Source: Chloroflexota bacterium (lineage in GTDB: Bacteria > Chloroflexota > Dehalococcoidia > Lucifugimonadales > UBA3495). From it: a stretch of DNA of 64,000 bases. The stretch is taken from positions 1 through 64,000 of the forward strand of contig JAQBVF010000016.1 of the NCBI GenBank assembly GCA_027623675.1. The letters are read 5' to 3'. The notes beneath the pieces were generated by a model, which ran no database searches, was not told the origin of the DNA, and saw nothing but the letters and a program-made list of their open reading frames with translations. Every line of letters starts with the position of its first letter. Within the stretch, counting starts at the first letter, position 1. Both the position numbers and the translations under genes were made by a program. Of the stretch, positions 1 through 10,140 are shown in pieces.

Positions 1-53
1 CTTCGGCTTGATGAAGATCAAAGTCTAAAGCCTTACACCTACGGGGGCGGTCT

Positions 54-2783
54 ATGGCCACCGGCACTCGGCAATACCCACCGGGTTCGTTAGTGCAGGC
101 GCGGGGACGTGATTGGGTCGTAATCCCCTCTGAAGAAGAAGATCTGGTCCGGCTGCGTCCCGTCGATGGCGTAGACGATGATGCTATTGGCGTCTACCTG
201 CCACTAGAAACCAACGCTATCCAACCCGCAGAATACCCTCTCCCTGACCCTGACGCCGCTGGCGATTCAACCGGAGCATTACTCCTCCGGGATGCGGCCA
301 GGCTAACGCTCCGAAGCGGAGCGGGTCCATTCCGGTCCATCGGACGACTCTCGGTTACACCCCGTCCCTATCAATACGTCCCCTTGATTATGGCCCTCAG
401 GCAAAGCCCCGTGCGTCTGCTGATCGCCGACGACGTTGGTATAGGCAAGACCATCGAGTCCGCCATGATTGCCCGTGAGTTGCTGGACCGAGGCATAGCC
501 CGCAGGTTGGCGGTCATCTGCCCTCCCCACCTGTGCGACCAATGGGAGCAGGAGCTACGGGAAAAATTCAACCTGGAGACAGCCGTGATACAGCCGTCCC
601 GGATCGGGCGGCTTGAAAGAGAGGTGCCCCGTCAAGGCGTTAGCATCTACAAGCACTTCCCGCACTTGGTGGTCAGCATCGATTACGTCAAGTCGATTAG
701 GAACCGGTTTGCCTTTATAGAAAACGCCCCTGACCTGATCATCGTCGACGAGGCCCATACGGCGGCCCGACCAAGGGGTAACCGGGGACGCCAGCAGCAA
801 CAGAGACACGAGTTCTTATCGGAACTGATGAAGTCCAAAGACCGGCACCTTATCCTGACCACCGCCACGCCCCACAGCGGTATCGAGGAGAGCTTCCGGT
901 CGCTCCTGGGGCTGCTGGACCCGCAGTTGGACCTCCCACCGGACCAAGACTTGACCCGCGCCCGCCTAGTTCCTCACCTGGTGCAGCGGCGTCGGGCAGA
1001 TATCCGGAATTGGCTGGGGGCGGATACGCCATTCCCAGAACGCGCTTCTTCCGAGCGCACCTACCAGATGGCTCCCGAGTATCTCAAACTGTTCGAGGAT
1101 GTCGTCGATTATTGCCGGGAGTCGGTGGCCGGCGCCCAAGGATTGCGTCAGCACCAACAGCGGGTGCGGTACTGGGCGGCCCTGGCCATATTGCGGTGTG
1201 TTCTATCAAGCCCCGCAGCGGCCTCTGCGGTACTGGAGAACCGCGCTCAGGCCAAGGCACAGGGAGTGGTGATCTCTCAAGAACAAGAGCCAGACCCGGA
1301 TGAGATATTCCGCCACCAGGTGTTCGACTCATCGGAGGAGGAACAGCCGCCGGACTACATCCCCACCGGGCCGGTAGACGACCCCGCCTCATCCCTCACA
1401 GCCAGCGATCTGCGGCGGCTGGACGGGTTCCTGAGGACAGCAAGAGGTCTCCGCGGTCCGAATCTGGACACCAAGCTCGCTGAGACCGGCAAAGCAGTAA
1501 GCGAGTTGCTCCGGGAAGGGTATAGCCCCATCGTCTATTGCCGGTTCATCGCCACTGCCCAGTACGTTGCTGAGCGATTACAAGAGATGCTACAGGACGC
1601 ACACCAAGGACTCAGTGTTGTGTCGGTAAGCGGCGACGACGGGAACAGTGAGCAGCGGCGGGATAAGGTCGATGAACTGGCCAAAGAGAAGGTCAGGGTG
1701 TTGGTGGCCACGGACTGTCTCAGCGAGGGCATCAACCTCCAAGAACACTACAATGCCGTCATTCATTACGACCTGCCCTGGAACCCAAATAGGCTGGAGC
1801 AAAGGATAGGCCGCGTGGACCGCTACGGCCAAGCTAAAGACACCGTGAAAGAAGTGCTGCTCCACGGGGTCAACAACCAGATCGACCTGGTCGTCTTGGA
1901 GGTCCTGCTCCGGAAGAATGCCGCCATCCGCGACGCCCTTGGCGTTTCGGTCCCGATGCCGGTGGACTCGGACCGGGTGGTTGAAACCTTGATAGAGACC
2001 GTCCTCTTGAGGCAATCCGTACAAACACGGCAGTTGCAGTTGGGGCTGTCATCACCTGAGGTCAGCCAACTTCACGACGAGTGGGACCGTGCCAGCGAGC
2101 GAGAACGGGACAACCGTTCCTACTTCGCCCAACAGGGCATCAAGCCCGATGAGGTGGAGAGAGAGCTGGAAGAGATGAAACCGGCCCTGGGAAGCCCCGA
2201 TGACCTGCTGAGGTTTGTTGGTAATGCCCTGCAAAGGTTCGGCGGAAGATTGGATAAAGACCGGCGCACCGAGGTCTACAGATTCTCTGAAGGTGACCTT
2301 GGCCTGATGATGCGGCAACGATACGGGGGCAGAGAGTTGCCGGAAACGGTAATCTTCGATGGGATACAGTCCCAGGGCCATACTCTCCTGGGCCGCAACC
2401 ACCCTATAGTGGAAGCCCTGACCAGCTCGGTCTTAGGGCGCGCCCTGGCGGGCGAAGATCCCCAGTTCGCCCGCTGCGGAGCGATCTTTACCGACGCTGT
2501 GCAGGTACGGACCGCGGTTGCCGTTCTCCGGCTCCGCTACCTGATGCGAGAAGCCACGGACCAGTTCGCCGAAGAAGTGATCATGGCGGCCTTTCAGCCG
2601 GACCAAGGCGGCATCCGGTGGCTTGAACCGTTACAGCAGGAAGCGATCAGGTTGATGGAAAACGCCCAGCCCTCTGCCAACATGCCCTCGACTGAGGTCC
2701 GCTCACACCTCGGCTGGGCACTAGCGTCACTAGAAGGCGAAGATTGGCACCGGGGACTAGGTTCTGTTGACATTTCATCTTAG
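54..2783 (+). pseudogene. SNF2-family helicase, DISARM DrmD-like, C-terminally truncated by an IS5 element
   Basis: Motifs LLIADDVGIGKT, IVDEAH, TATPH, SEGINLQ and LPWNPNRLEQRIGRVDR. The last codons run into the IS inverted repeat at 2761. Confidence 0.8.
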
Positions 2784-3584
2784 CCAGATGAGCGTGCTGA
2801 CGAAGTGAAGAAATCCGAGGTAGGTCACGGCAAGCTTGTCGTACCGCGAGAATATGCGCCGGTAGTGCTTGATCTTGTTGATGAAGCACTCCACCAAGTG
2901 GCGTTCTTTGTACAGATGGGCATCGTACTCCCTGGGTATCTTCCGGTTGGATCGGGGCGGGATGACGGGGACCGCGCCACGCTCTCGGATCACCTGGACG
3001 AAGGTTTCGGCGTCGTACCCTTTGTCGGCAATCACATACCCGGTAGGGGCCGAAAGGAGCAGCCCCTCAGCCTGGGTGATGTCATGGGCTTGGCCTCCTG
3101 TGAGTTGGAACTGCAGCGGGTTGCCCAGAGCGTCCACGCTCATGTGGATTTTGCTGGTGAAGCCACCGCGGCTTCGGCCCAGGCCCTGCGCCCCTTGGCC
3201 CCCCTTTTGAGCGGCGCGCCGGCCGCGCAGGGATGGGCCCGGATAATGGTGCTGTCCAGCAGGAGGTGTTCCAAGTCAGGATCATCGGCAAAGGCCTCTT
3301 GCATCCGCCTCCAGACGTCTCGCTCACACCAGCGGAGGAAGCGCTTATACACGGTGTTCCATCGGCCATACTCCTCCGGGAGGGCCCGCCACTGGGCACC
3401 GGTCCGGGCCATCCACAAGATACCAGTAAGGAAACGGCGGCATTTCTCCTCCCGCCCTATATACACGCCAGAACAGGTACGCAAAAACTGAAGAATACGA
3501 GGCCATTGATCGGGGTGAAACTCTTCTGTAAGCATACCTGTATTTTATACAAATTTTAAAATCTGTACAAAATGTCAACACGCC
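2761..3584 (-). mobile_element. IS5-family (IS427-group-like) insertion sequence, 824 bp
   Basis: Terminal inverted repeats GTTCTGTTGACATTT (2761-2775) and reverse complement GGCGTGTTGACATTT (3570-3584), CTAG on both flanks (2757-2760, 3585-3588), two-ORF transposase. Confidence 0.93.
2775..3535 (-). CDS. IS5 transposase, OrfA (3140-3535) plus OrfB (2775-3143), probably joined by a -1 programmed frameshift
   Basis: OrfA has GILWMARTGAQWRALPEEYGRW and LDSTIIRAH. The -1 frame continues GRSRGGFTSKIH..ADKGYD..YKERHLVECFINKIK. Slippery AAAAGGGGGG on the minus strand at 3199-3208. Confidence 0.9.
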
Positions 3585-3620
3585 CTAGTAAAGATTTTCC
3601 AGATGAACATTCGAATGAAC

Positions 3621-3657
3621 AAAAAAGGGAGGTGAACGAATCCACCTCCCCTTTTTT
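3621..3657. terminator. Bidirectional intrinsic terminator ending the cox operon
   Basis: AAAAAA-GGGAGGTG-loop-CACCTCCC-CTTTTTT. Confidence 0.85.
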
Positions 3658-3674
3658 ATCAGAACGCGTTGATG

Positions 3675-4559
3675 CTAGTGGTGGGCCAGCCCGGTGGCGT
3701 GGAAGATGGCGTGCTTCAACTCGATGGCCGCCATGGCGCTGCGGTACTCGGCCGACGCGAAGATGTCGCCGATGAGGTCATCCCCCAGGTCCTGGGAGAT
3801 CAGCGCGGTGGACGCGGCGATGGTCTCTGCAGTCAGGCGTTGACCCACCAGTGCTTGCTCCACGGACGGGCCGCGGGTAGGAGAGGGTGTCAGCCCGCCC
3901 ACGGCGACCCTGGCGGCGGTGCAGGTGTGGTCGTCCATCGTTACCACAACCCCAGCTCCCACCACCGCGAAGGACGTAGCTGGGTGGGCCATCTTGGCGT
4001 ACTCAGCGTATTGGTTCTCGGCCAATACCGGCATCTCGACGCTGGTCAGTATCTCGTTCTCTCCCACGGCGGTGGTGAACGCACCCTGGAAGAAATCCTC
4101 GGCGGACACGGTGCGGGACCCGCCGCTCATCAACCCGCCCTTGCCCTGAATGGTGAACCGGGCGTTCATCACCGTGAGCACGGTGGGCAGGTCGGAGGCA
4201 GGATCGGCGTGGGTAACGTTGCCGCCGATGGTCCCACGGTTCCTCACCTGGGGGTCGCCGATGCCGTAGGCCGTCTCCCACAGGATCCCAGCCGCCGACC
4301 TGACCGCTTCCGACCCGGCGATCTCGGCGTGGGTGGTCAGCGCCCCGATGCGGAGCATGCCTCTATCGACGGATATCCCTCTGAGATCGTCGATGCCGCC
4401 GATGTCGATCAGCATGGACGGCCGGGCCAACCGCAGCTTCATCAGAGGCAGCAGGCTGTGACCGCCGGCGATTATCTTGGAGTCGCTATTGTCACCGAGA
4501 AGCTGGATGGCCTCGGCGACCGACTTTGCCTTTTGGTACTTAAACTCTGTGGCGAACAT
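3675..4559 (-). CDS. coxM: Xanthine oxidase-family FAD-binding medium subunit (CoxM/CutM-like)
   Basis: AGGHSLLPLMKLRLA and QVRNRGTIGGN motifs. Confidence 0.9.
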   Translation of the reverse strand: MFATEFKYQKAKSVAEAIQLLGDNSDSKIIAGGHSLLPLMKLRLARPSMLIDIGGIDDLRGISVDRGMLRIGALTTHAEIAGSEAVRSAAGILWETAYGIGDPQVRNRGTIGGNVTHADPASDLPTVLTVMNARFTIQGKGGLMSGGSRTVSAEDFFQGAFTTAVGENEILTSVEMPVLAENQYAEYAKMAHPATSFAVVGAGVVVTMDDHTCTAARVAVGGLTPSPTRGPSVEQALVGQRLTAETIAASTALISQDLGDDLIGDIFASAEYRSAMAAIELKHAIFHATGLAHH

Positions 4560-4562
4560 TAC

Positions 4563-6914
4563 CTAACTCCCCTGCTGCGCGCGGATGGCCCGCCAGACCT
4601 TTTCCGGTGTCAATGGCATGTCGATGCCAGTAACTCCGAGAGGCCGCAAGGCGTCGATCACTGCGTTGTAGATCGTGACGGTGGAGGCGATGGTCCCCGT
4701 CTCGCCGATGCCCTTCACCCCCAGCGGATTGTGGGGTGACGGGGTGACCGTGCTGAGTACCTCGATGTCCGGGAACATATGTGCCCTAGGCAGGGCGTAA
4801 TCGGTCATGGAGCCGGTCAGCAATTGGCCATTGTCGTCGTAGACGGCTCCCTCCCATAGTGTCTGGCCCGCCCCCTGGACCACCCCACCGTGGACCTGAC
4901 CCTCGACAATCATGGGGTTGATCTGGGGGCCGCAGTCGTCGCCGGCCACGTAGCGTTTGACCTCGATATGGCCGTTGTCCTTGTCGACTTGCACCACCGC
5001 CACGTGGGCGCCGAAGGGATAAACGAAGTTGGGCGGGTCATAGAACGCCGACGCCTCCAACCCGGGGTCCATGCCCTGAGGCAGGTTCCAGGCCACGTTG
5101 GCCATGGTGGCCATCTCCTGGATGGTCTTGCTCCGGTCGGGCGAACCCTTTACGAAGAACTTGCCGTCCCCGTACTCAACGTCGGCCTCCGCCGCTTCCA
5201 GCAGGTGGGCGGCCAGCAGGCGGGCCTTCTCTTTCACTTTGCGGGCGGCCAGCACCATCGCCGCGGCGCCCACCGCCGTGGTCCGGCTGCCGTAGGTGCC
5301 CCAACCCATGGGTGTGTTGCTGGTATCGCCGTGCACGATGCCAACGTCGTCAACGTCAACGCCCAACTCGTCTGAGATTATCTGGGCAAAGGTGGTCTCC
5401 TCTCCCTGCCCGTGGGGCGACACGCCGATGTAGGCGTTCACCTTGCCGGTTGGGTAGAACCGGACGATGGCGCTCTCCCATAGGCCGCCGCCGAAACCGA
5501 CCGCGCCGGCCACCTGGGAGGGGCCAAGGCCGCAGATCTCGACGTAGCAAGCCACGCCGATGCCCATGTACTCACCGTTCTCCCGCATCTTGGCCTGTTC
5601 CTGCCGCAGGGCCGGGTAGTCCACGTGGTCCATGACCTTGTCTAGCAGCGGTTCGTAGTCGCCGCTGTCGTACGTGAGGCCACTGGCCACGTCATGACCG
5701 TCTTCAAACTTGGGGATCAGGTTCTTCCGCCGTAGTTCCACCGGATCAACGCCCAATTCAGCCGCGAGCAGGTCAACCAGACGCTCCACCAGGAAGGCGG
5801 CCTCGGGACGGCCCGCGCCGCGGTAGGCATCCACCGGGGTGGCGTTGTTGAACACGCCGTAAACGTCGGCCTTGGTTGCGCCGATGTCGTAGGGTCCGCA
5901 GTACATCAGACCGTGGAGGATGGTCGGCACGCCTGGGCCGGCGGTGGATAAGTAGGCTCCCATGCCGGCGTAGACGACCGTCCGGACGGCGGTGATCTTG
6001 CCCTCCCGGGTGGCGGCCATCTCCACATGTTCCACGTGGTCGCGGCCGTGGATGGTAGCCTGGAATTCTTCCGAGCGGGTGGCCGTCCACTTGACGGGTC
6101 GGCCCAGCTTCATGGAACAGAAGGAGACGACCATCTCGTCGGCGTACATGGCAATCTTGCTGCCGAACCCGCCGCCGACCTCGGTGGCGATGACCCGTAT
6201 CTTGTGTTCGGCGACCCCGGTGACCAGGGAAGCCAGGAACCGGCAGATATGAGGATTTTGAGAGGTAGACCAGAGGGTCAATTCCTCCATGGAACCGGTC
6301 CAATTGGCCACCGCGGAACGGGGTTCCATGGCGTTGGGAATCAAGCGCTGCTGCACGATGGTGTCTTTAACTATGACATCGGCGCTGGCAAAGGCCGCGT
6401 CGGTGTCTCCGCCCTGAGCCACCCAGTGGAACGCCTGGTTATTGGGGGCGTCTTCATGCAGTTGGGGCGCACCCGGCTGCATGGCTGCTTCGGGATTGAC
6501 CACCGCCGGAAGCACTTCGTAGACCACATCGATCAATTCCAGCGCGTCCTCGGCCTGGTAGCGGTTCTCCGCCACCACCACTGCCACGGCATCGCCCTGG
6601 TAGCGGACCACGTCTTTGGCGATGGCCGGGTGGGCCACCGCTTTCATCTCGGAATCGGGCGGCATCCAAGCGCAGGGGATGGGGTTCAAAACGCCTTCGA
6701 TGTCCGCCCCGGTGTAGACCGCCACCACCCCTGGGGCCGCGGCCGCCGCGCTGGTGTCGATGCTGCTAATCTTGGCGTGGGCGTGAGGGCTGCGCAACAT
6801 GGCGGCATAAGCCATGCCCGGCAGCTTCACGTCATCGGTATAGGTGGCGCCGCCGGTTATCAGGCGCGGGTCCTCGCGGCGGCGGATGCCGGAACCAAAT
6901 ATTCTTGTCGTCAT
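4563..6914 (-). CDS. coxL: Molybdopterin large subunit, form II CoxL/CutL-like
   Basis: RREDPRLITG, GGGFGSK, active-site AYRGAGR (form II), GQGEET, KGIGE. Confidence 0.9.
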   Translation of the reverse strand: MTTRIFGSGIRRREDPRLITGGATYTDDVKLPGMAYAAMLRSPHAHAKISSIDTSAAAAAPGVVAVYTGADIEGVLNPIPCAWMPPDSEMKAVAHPAIAKDVVRYQGDAVAVVVAENRYQAEDALELIDVVYEVLPAVVNPEAAMQPGAPQLHEDAPNNQAFHWVAQGGDTDAAFASADVIVKDTIVQQRLIPNAMEPRSAVANWTGSMEELTLWSTSQNPHICRFLASLVTGVAEHKIRVIATEVGGGFGSKIAMYADEMVVSFCSMKLGRPVKWTATRSEEFQATIHGRDHVEHVEMAATREGKITAVRTVVYAGMGAYLSTAGPGVPTILHGLMYCGPYDIGATKADVYGVFNNATPVDAYRGAGRPEAAFLVERLVDLLAAELGVDPVELRRKNLIPKFEDGHDVASGLTYDSGDYEPLLDKVMDHVDYPALRQEQAKMRENGEYMGIGVACYVEICGLGPSQVAGAVGFGGGLWESAIVRFYPTGKVNAYIGVSPHGQGEETTFAQIISDELGVDVDDVGIVHGDTSNTPMGWGTYGSRTTAVGAAAMVLAARKVKEKARLLAAHLLEAAEADVEYGDGKFFVKGSPDRSKTIQEMATMANVAWNLPQGMDPGLEASAFYDPPNFVYPFGAHVAVVQVDKDNGHIEVKRYVAGDDCGPQINPMIVEGQVHGGVVQGAGQTLWEGAVYDDNGQLLTGSMTDYALPRAHMFPDIEVLSTVTPSPHNPLGVKGIGETGTIASTVTIYNAVIDALRPLGVTGIDMPLTPEKVWRAIRAQQGS

Positions 6915-6917
6915 GGC

Positions 6918-7382
6918 TTAACCCCTCTTGGCTTCGGCGGCCGCCAGGACCGACTTAACGATATTCTGATAGCCGGTGCAGCGGCAGATGTTGCCCTTCA
7001 AGCCTTCCCTGACCTGGTCTTCGGTGGGATTGGAGTTCTGCTTCAGCATCTCGATCGTGGTGATGATCATCCCGGCGGTGCAGTAGCCGCATTGGAGACC
7101 ATGGTTGTTCCAAAAGGCTTCCTGGACCACGTCCAACTCGCCGTCGGTGGCCACACCCTCTATGGTGGTGACCTCGCTGCCATCCGCCTGGACCGCCAGG
7201 CAGGTGCAGGACTTAACGGTTATGCCGTCCATGTTCACCACACAAGCGCCACATTGACTGGTGTCGCACCCGATCTTGGTCCCGGTCAGTCCCAGGTCAT
7301 CCCGGAGAAAATGGACCAACAGCGTACGCGGGTCCACGTCCTTCTGATGCGATTTTCCGTTCACGGTTACAGTAACGTTCAA
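6918..7382 (-). CDS. coxS: 2Fe-2S small subunit (CoxS-like), TTG start
   Basis: [15 protein letters not shown] and NICRCTGY motifs. Confidence 0.92.
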   Translation of the reverse strand: MNVTVTVNGKSHQKDVDPRTLLVHFLRDDLGLTGTKIGCDTSQCGACVVNMDGITVKSCTCLAVQADGSEVTTIEGVATDGELDVVQEAFWNNHGLQCGYCTAGMIITTIEMLKQNSNPTEDQVREGLKGNICRCTGYQNIVKSVLAAAEAKRG

Positions 7383-7463
7383 GATAGCTCCCTCGCGTGA
7401 TTGGATATGCCCGATGGATAATCGTAAACCAGGCGTGAGTTAGGCTCAGGGGGCCAAAGTGCC

Positions 7464-7495
7464 CCGAGTATATACTCGGCCCGATATGCCGTCAA
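7464..7495 (-). promoter_or_regulatory. Sigma70-type promoter of coxSLM overlapped by a 16-bp palindrome
   Basis: Minus strand TTGACG (7495-7490), 17 bp, TATACT (7472-7467). Perfect palindrome CCGAGTATATACTCGG at 7464-7479. Confidence 0.7.
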
Positions 7496-7540
7496 CGCGC
7501 CTGGCACCGCCCCTGGCAACACCCCTGGCAACGCCCTTGG
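7493..7540. repeat. 4 x 12-bp imperfect tandem repeat
   Basis: CAACGCGCCTGG CACCGCCCCTGG CAACACCCCTGG CAACGCCCTTGG. Confidence 0.9.
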
Positions 7541-7747
7541 CGTGTGTTCGCGGTTGCGCAAACCCCAGGCTGCCACTATCATTTCAGCAGCATTGATCTA
7601 AGCTCTATTTACGTTGGTGATTGTCCCGGTAATCTCCAGTTGGTTATCCCGGTGGTCATCGGTTCAAGAACCGGGCCGGGAACCAGACTAGGGCTTGCTT
7701 CAAGCGTTGATCAAAAGGTCTTGCCAAAAGATTTTTCAAGGACTCCG

Positions 7748-9055
7748 ATGTTCCCACAGAACGTTTTTCCCGATACCGCTAAAGTCGACTCCCAAGGGCA
7801 GTTGATCCTGGGCGGGTGCAAAGCCGCCGATCTGGCCGACGAGTACGGCACCCCGGTGTACGTCTTCGACGAAGACACGCTGCGCGCGCGCTGCCGAAGT
7901 TTCATCGGCGAGTTTCGCAAGCTTCACCCCGCTACTCACGTCAGTTACGCCTGCAAGGCCTACATCAACCCCGCACTGGCCAAGCTGTTCCAAGAAGAGG
8001 GCATGGGCTTCGACGTGGTCTCCGGCGGTGAGTTGGCTTTGGCCATAAGCTCCCAGGTCTCTCTGGACGAGGTCTACTTCCACGGAAACAACAAGACCCC
8101 GCAGGAGCTGGCCGAGGCGCTGGACAACAACATCGGCTGGGTCGTTGTGGACAGCTTCCACGAACTGGAGCTTCTGGACCAACTGGCCGGGCTGGCGGGC
8201 AAGACCCAAGACATCCTGATCCGCGTTTCCCCCGGCGTGGACCCCCACACCCACGTTTACACCACCACCGGGGTTTTGGATTCCAAATTCGGGTTTTCGA
8301 TCCAGACCGGCCATGCCGCCGAAGCGGTGCGCCTGGGTCTGGCCGCCAAGAACCTGAACCTGCGCGGCCTGCACTTTCATCTCGGCTCGCCCATCTTCGA
8401 ACTGGAGCCGTACCGCGTGGCCACCGACCTGGTCCTGCGGTTCGCCGCCCAGTTCCGGGAGGAGGGCCTGGAGATGACCAGGTTCAGCCCCGGCGGCGGG
8501 TTCGCCATCAGCTACACCCGCAACCAAGAACCACCGCCCGTCTCCGCCTACGCCGAGACGATCGTATCCACCATGACCGAGACGTGCCGGGACCTGGGCA
8601 TGGAACTGCCCACTCTGGTCATCGAGCCTGGCCGGGCGATCATCGGTCCCGCCGGTGTGGCCATCTACCGCATCGGGGCGATCAAAGACGTGCCCGGCGT
8701 ACGCAAATTCGTCAGCGTCGACGGCGGCATGGGCGACAACATCCGGCCGGCGCTCTACGAAGCTGAGTACGAAGTGGTCGCCGCCGGGAAAGCCGATCAA
8801 GAGGCCACGGAAATGGTCACCATCGCCGGGAAATACTGCGAGTCCGGAGACCTGCTGGCATCCAATATAATGTTGCCAAGGCTTGAGCCGGGAGACTTGC
8901 TCGCCATTCCCGCCGCGGGCGCCTACTGCCCCTCAATGGCCAGCAATTACAACATGAACCCGCGCCCGCCCATGGTGCTGGTGAAAGACGGCCAAAGCCG
9001 CCTGATCCGCCGGCGGGAGAGCTACCAAGACCTGATGCACTGCGACGTGGTTTAG
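7748..9055 (+). CDS. lysA: Diaminopimelate decarboxylase
   Basis: YGTPVYVFD, YACKA (PLP lysine), HGNNK, HFHLGS, EPGR, CESGD, MASNYN. Start moved to ATG 7748. Confidence 0.93.
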   Translation: MFPQNVFPDTAKVDSQGQLILGGCKAADLADEYGTPVYVFDEDTLRARCRSFIGEFRKLHPATHVSYACKAYINPALAKLFQEEGMGFDVVSGGELALAISSQVSLDEVYFHGNNKTPQELAEALDNNIGWVVVDSFHELELLDQLAGLAGKTQDILIRVSPGVDPHTHVYTTTGVLDSKFGFSIQTGHAAEAVRLGLAAKNLNLRGLHFHLGSPIFELEPYRVATDLVLRFAAQFREEGLEMTRFSPGGGFAISYTRNQEPPPVSAYAETIVSTMTETCRDLGMELPTLVIEPGRAIIGPAGVAIYRIGAIKDVPGVRKFVSVDGGMGDNIRPALYEAEYEVVAAGKADQEATEMVTIAGKYCESGDLLASNIMLPRLEPGDLLAIPAAGAYCPSMASNYNMNPRPPMVLVKDGQSRLIRRRESYQDLMHCDVV

Positions 9056-9120
9056 GCTGACAGGCCGGGCATTCGACACAGTCCGTGCTTCTGTACCCGG
9101 ACTCATGGACCAAAGATAGT

Positions 9121-10140
9121 ATGTGGACCGTTTTCGGCCAGGACATTTTGTTGCGGCGGCTTGAGCTTAGCCTCAGGCAGCGGAAGCAGTCTCACGCCTA
9201 TCTGATCAGCGGCGCGCCCCATGTGGGTAAGATGGCCCTGGCCATTAATCTCTCCCAGGCCGTAAATTGTTTGGAAGGCCCAGGCGTTCCGTGCGGTTCG
9301 TGCGTCCAGTGCACCAGGATCGCTCAAGGACTCCACGCCGACATCAGGACGTTGGCTCCGGGCCGAGGCGAAGACGCCCGGTCGCCAAAGACCGTTATCG
9401 GCATCGACCAGGTGAGGGAAGTACAGCACTGGGTGAGCCTGAATCCCTTTGAGGGTTCATGCAGCGTGGTGATCGTCGACGGCGCTGAATCCATGAGCGA
9501 AGACGCGGCCAACGCGTTGTTAAAAACGCTGGAAGAACCACCGGCTCAGGTGATGATTCTGGTACTCACATCCGACGAACATGCGCTGCTGTCCACGGTC
9601 CGGTCACGGTGCCAGACATTGACGATGGCCCCCATGTCGAAAGAAGGCATGGTGGACCGGTTGGTTAATGCCCACCAAGTGGCGCCCGAGCAGGCGGAGC
9701 AGTTGTTTCGGCTGTCGCGGGGTTGTATGGGCTGGGCCATCAGGGCGCTGAACGACAGCCAGGTGCTGGAACAACGGCAGGCGGACCTGGAAAAGATCCG
9801 CGAGACCCTGGAAGCAGGGTTGGAGACCAGATTCACCTACGCCAACGAGGTCGCATCCCTCTTCGGGAGCGACCGCGACGCGGCCAAGGACCTGTTGGCC
9901 CTTTGGCTTCGCTGGTGGCGCGACCTCCTCTTGATAAAAGAGGGAGCGGAGGAATTCCTCCATAATTCAGACCATGCCGATTCTTTGCGGAGCCAGGCAT
10001 CCGGCTTGAACACTCCGCAGATCGTGCGGTTCATCAACCACTTGATGACCACTCTCTCGAGCCTAGATAGCAACGCCAGCCCCCGGCTGACGATGGAAGT
10101 GTTGATGATAAACCTACCGATCAAAGCTGGCCAGGTATGA
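9121..10140 (+). CDS. holB: DNA polymerase III delta' subunit
   Basis: HAYLISG, zinc module C-x6-CxxCxxC, AANALLKTLEEP, TVRSRC. Confidence 0.92.
   Translation: MWTVFGQDILLRRLELSLRQRKQSHAYLISGAPHVGKMALAINLSQAVNCLEGPGVPCGSCVQCTRIAQGLHADIRTLAPGRGEDARSPKTVIGIDQVREVQHWVSLNPFEGSCSVVIVDGAESMSEDAANALLKTLEEPPAQVMILVLTSDEHALLSTVRSRCQTLTMAPMSKEGMVDRLVNAHQVAPEQAEQLFRLSRGCMGWAIRALNDSQVLEQRQADLEKIRETLEAGLETRFTYANEVASLFGSDRDAAKDLLALWLRWWRDLLLIKEGAEEFLHNSDHADSLRSQASGLNTPQIVRFINHLMTTLSSLDSNASPRLTMEVLMINLPIKAGQV

Noticed and set aside
4563..6914. True (form I) aerobic CO dehydrogenase
   Set aside because: The motif is AYRGAGR rather than AYxCSFR, the order is S-L-M, and accessory genes are absent.
3669..7400. 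Long plus-strand ORFs 3669-4739 and 6027-7400, and similar ones such as 7736-8800, 17547-18569, 19006-20049 and 28254-29243
   Set aside because: Antisense shadows of well-supported genes, expected with GC-rich codon bias; no protein motifs.
7493..7540. CRISPR array
   Set aside because: 12-bp units with no spacers and no cas genes.
7544..7747. Lysine riboswitch or N-terminal extension of lysA
   Set aside because: No recognisable L-box motifs; LysA-like sequence begins around ATG 7748.
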